A stretch of 63,836 nt of DNA from Octopus bimaculoides (Eukaryota). The position numbers and the translations under genes were made by a program. A model generated the notes under the pieces. That model was not told the DNA's origin. It ran no database searches and saw only the letters and a list, made by a program, of their open reading frames with translations. The DNA is taken from NCBI RefSeq assembly GCF_001194135.2, contig NC_068984.1, positions 61,015,459 to 61,079,294 on the forward strand, read 5' to 3'. How positions within the stretch are numbered: position 1 is the stretch's first letter; the number at the start of each line of letters is the position of its first letter. Shown here in pieces: positions 63,521 through 63,836 of this stretch.

Positions 63521-63836
63521 TTATGCTTGACTTTTGTTTTGCATTTGTACAAGTTGGATCCAAGTCTCACCCAGAGACCTCAAGAGACAACAAGTTAGAA
63601 GTTCATGTAGGTGTTATGCCTAGGGTACCATATATTTGGATTTGTACAGTTTTGTTCTAGTGAATGTTTAAGAAACCATAAGAAAATTATGCGTTTGCTT
63701 TAAAATTTGAGATCACATAGACAGTATTTTACGTAGGATATGGGCAGTTCCCATGAGCACTATCTTTTGAACTTCAGCCATTTTGGGGTTTCCTGGTATC
63801 TGAGCTAGGTAGTAATCAGCCCGTTTCGCTGTCATT
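63521..63836 (-). mobile_element. R4/Dong-type LINE 3' end, running off the window
   Basis: MTAKRADYYLAQIPGNPKMAEVQKIVLMGTAHILRKILSM*, then a 3' UTR and an (AAT)n tail. Confidence 0.88.

Overview
AT-rich eukaryotic genomic DNA, dense in microsatellites, with six N-gaps, five of them inside simple repeats. The tRNA-derived SINE families and (AAT)n/(TACA)n-associated LINEs resemble what I recall of octopus (cephalopod) genomes; this assignment is inference, not a database result. No host gene can be identified with confidence. I can only offer a few unassigned candidate exons bounded by splice signals. The window is mostly decayed mobile DNA: two Penelope-like elements (RT and/or GIY-YIG plus hammerhead-like motifs), at least six R4/Dong-type restriction-like-endonuclease LINE fragments, two degenerate hAT (Buster/Charlie-group) transposases, mariner/Tc1 remnants and many SINE copies. 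The most unusual feature is a 175-bp GC-rich unit at 45845-46019: 36-bp terminal inverted repeats enclose a near-complete type I hammerhead ribozyme, and the unit sits inside a SINE. Two clusters (34.7-39.3 kb and 62.3-63.8 kb) show retroelements of different families inserted one after another into (AAT)n tracts.
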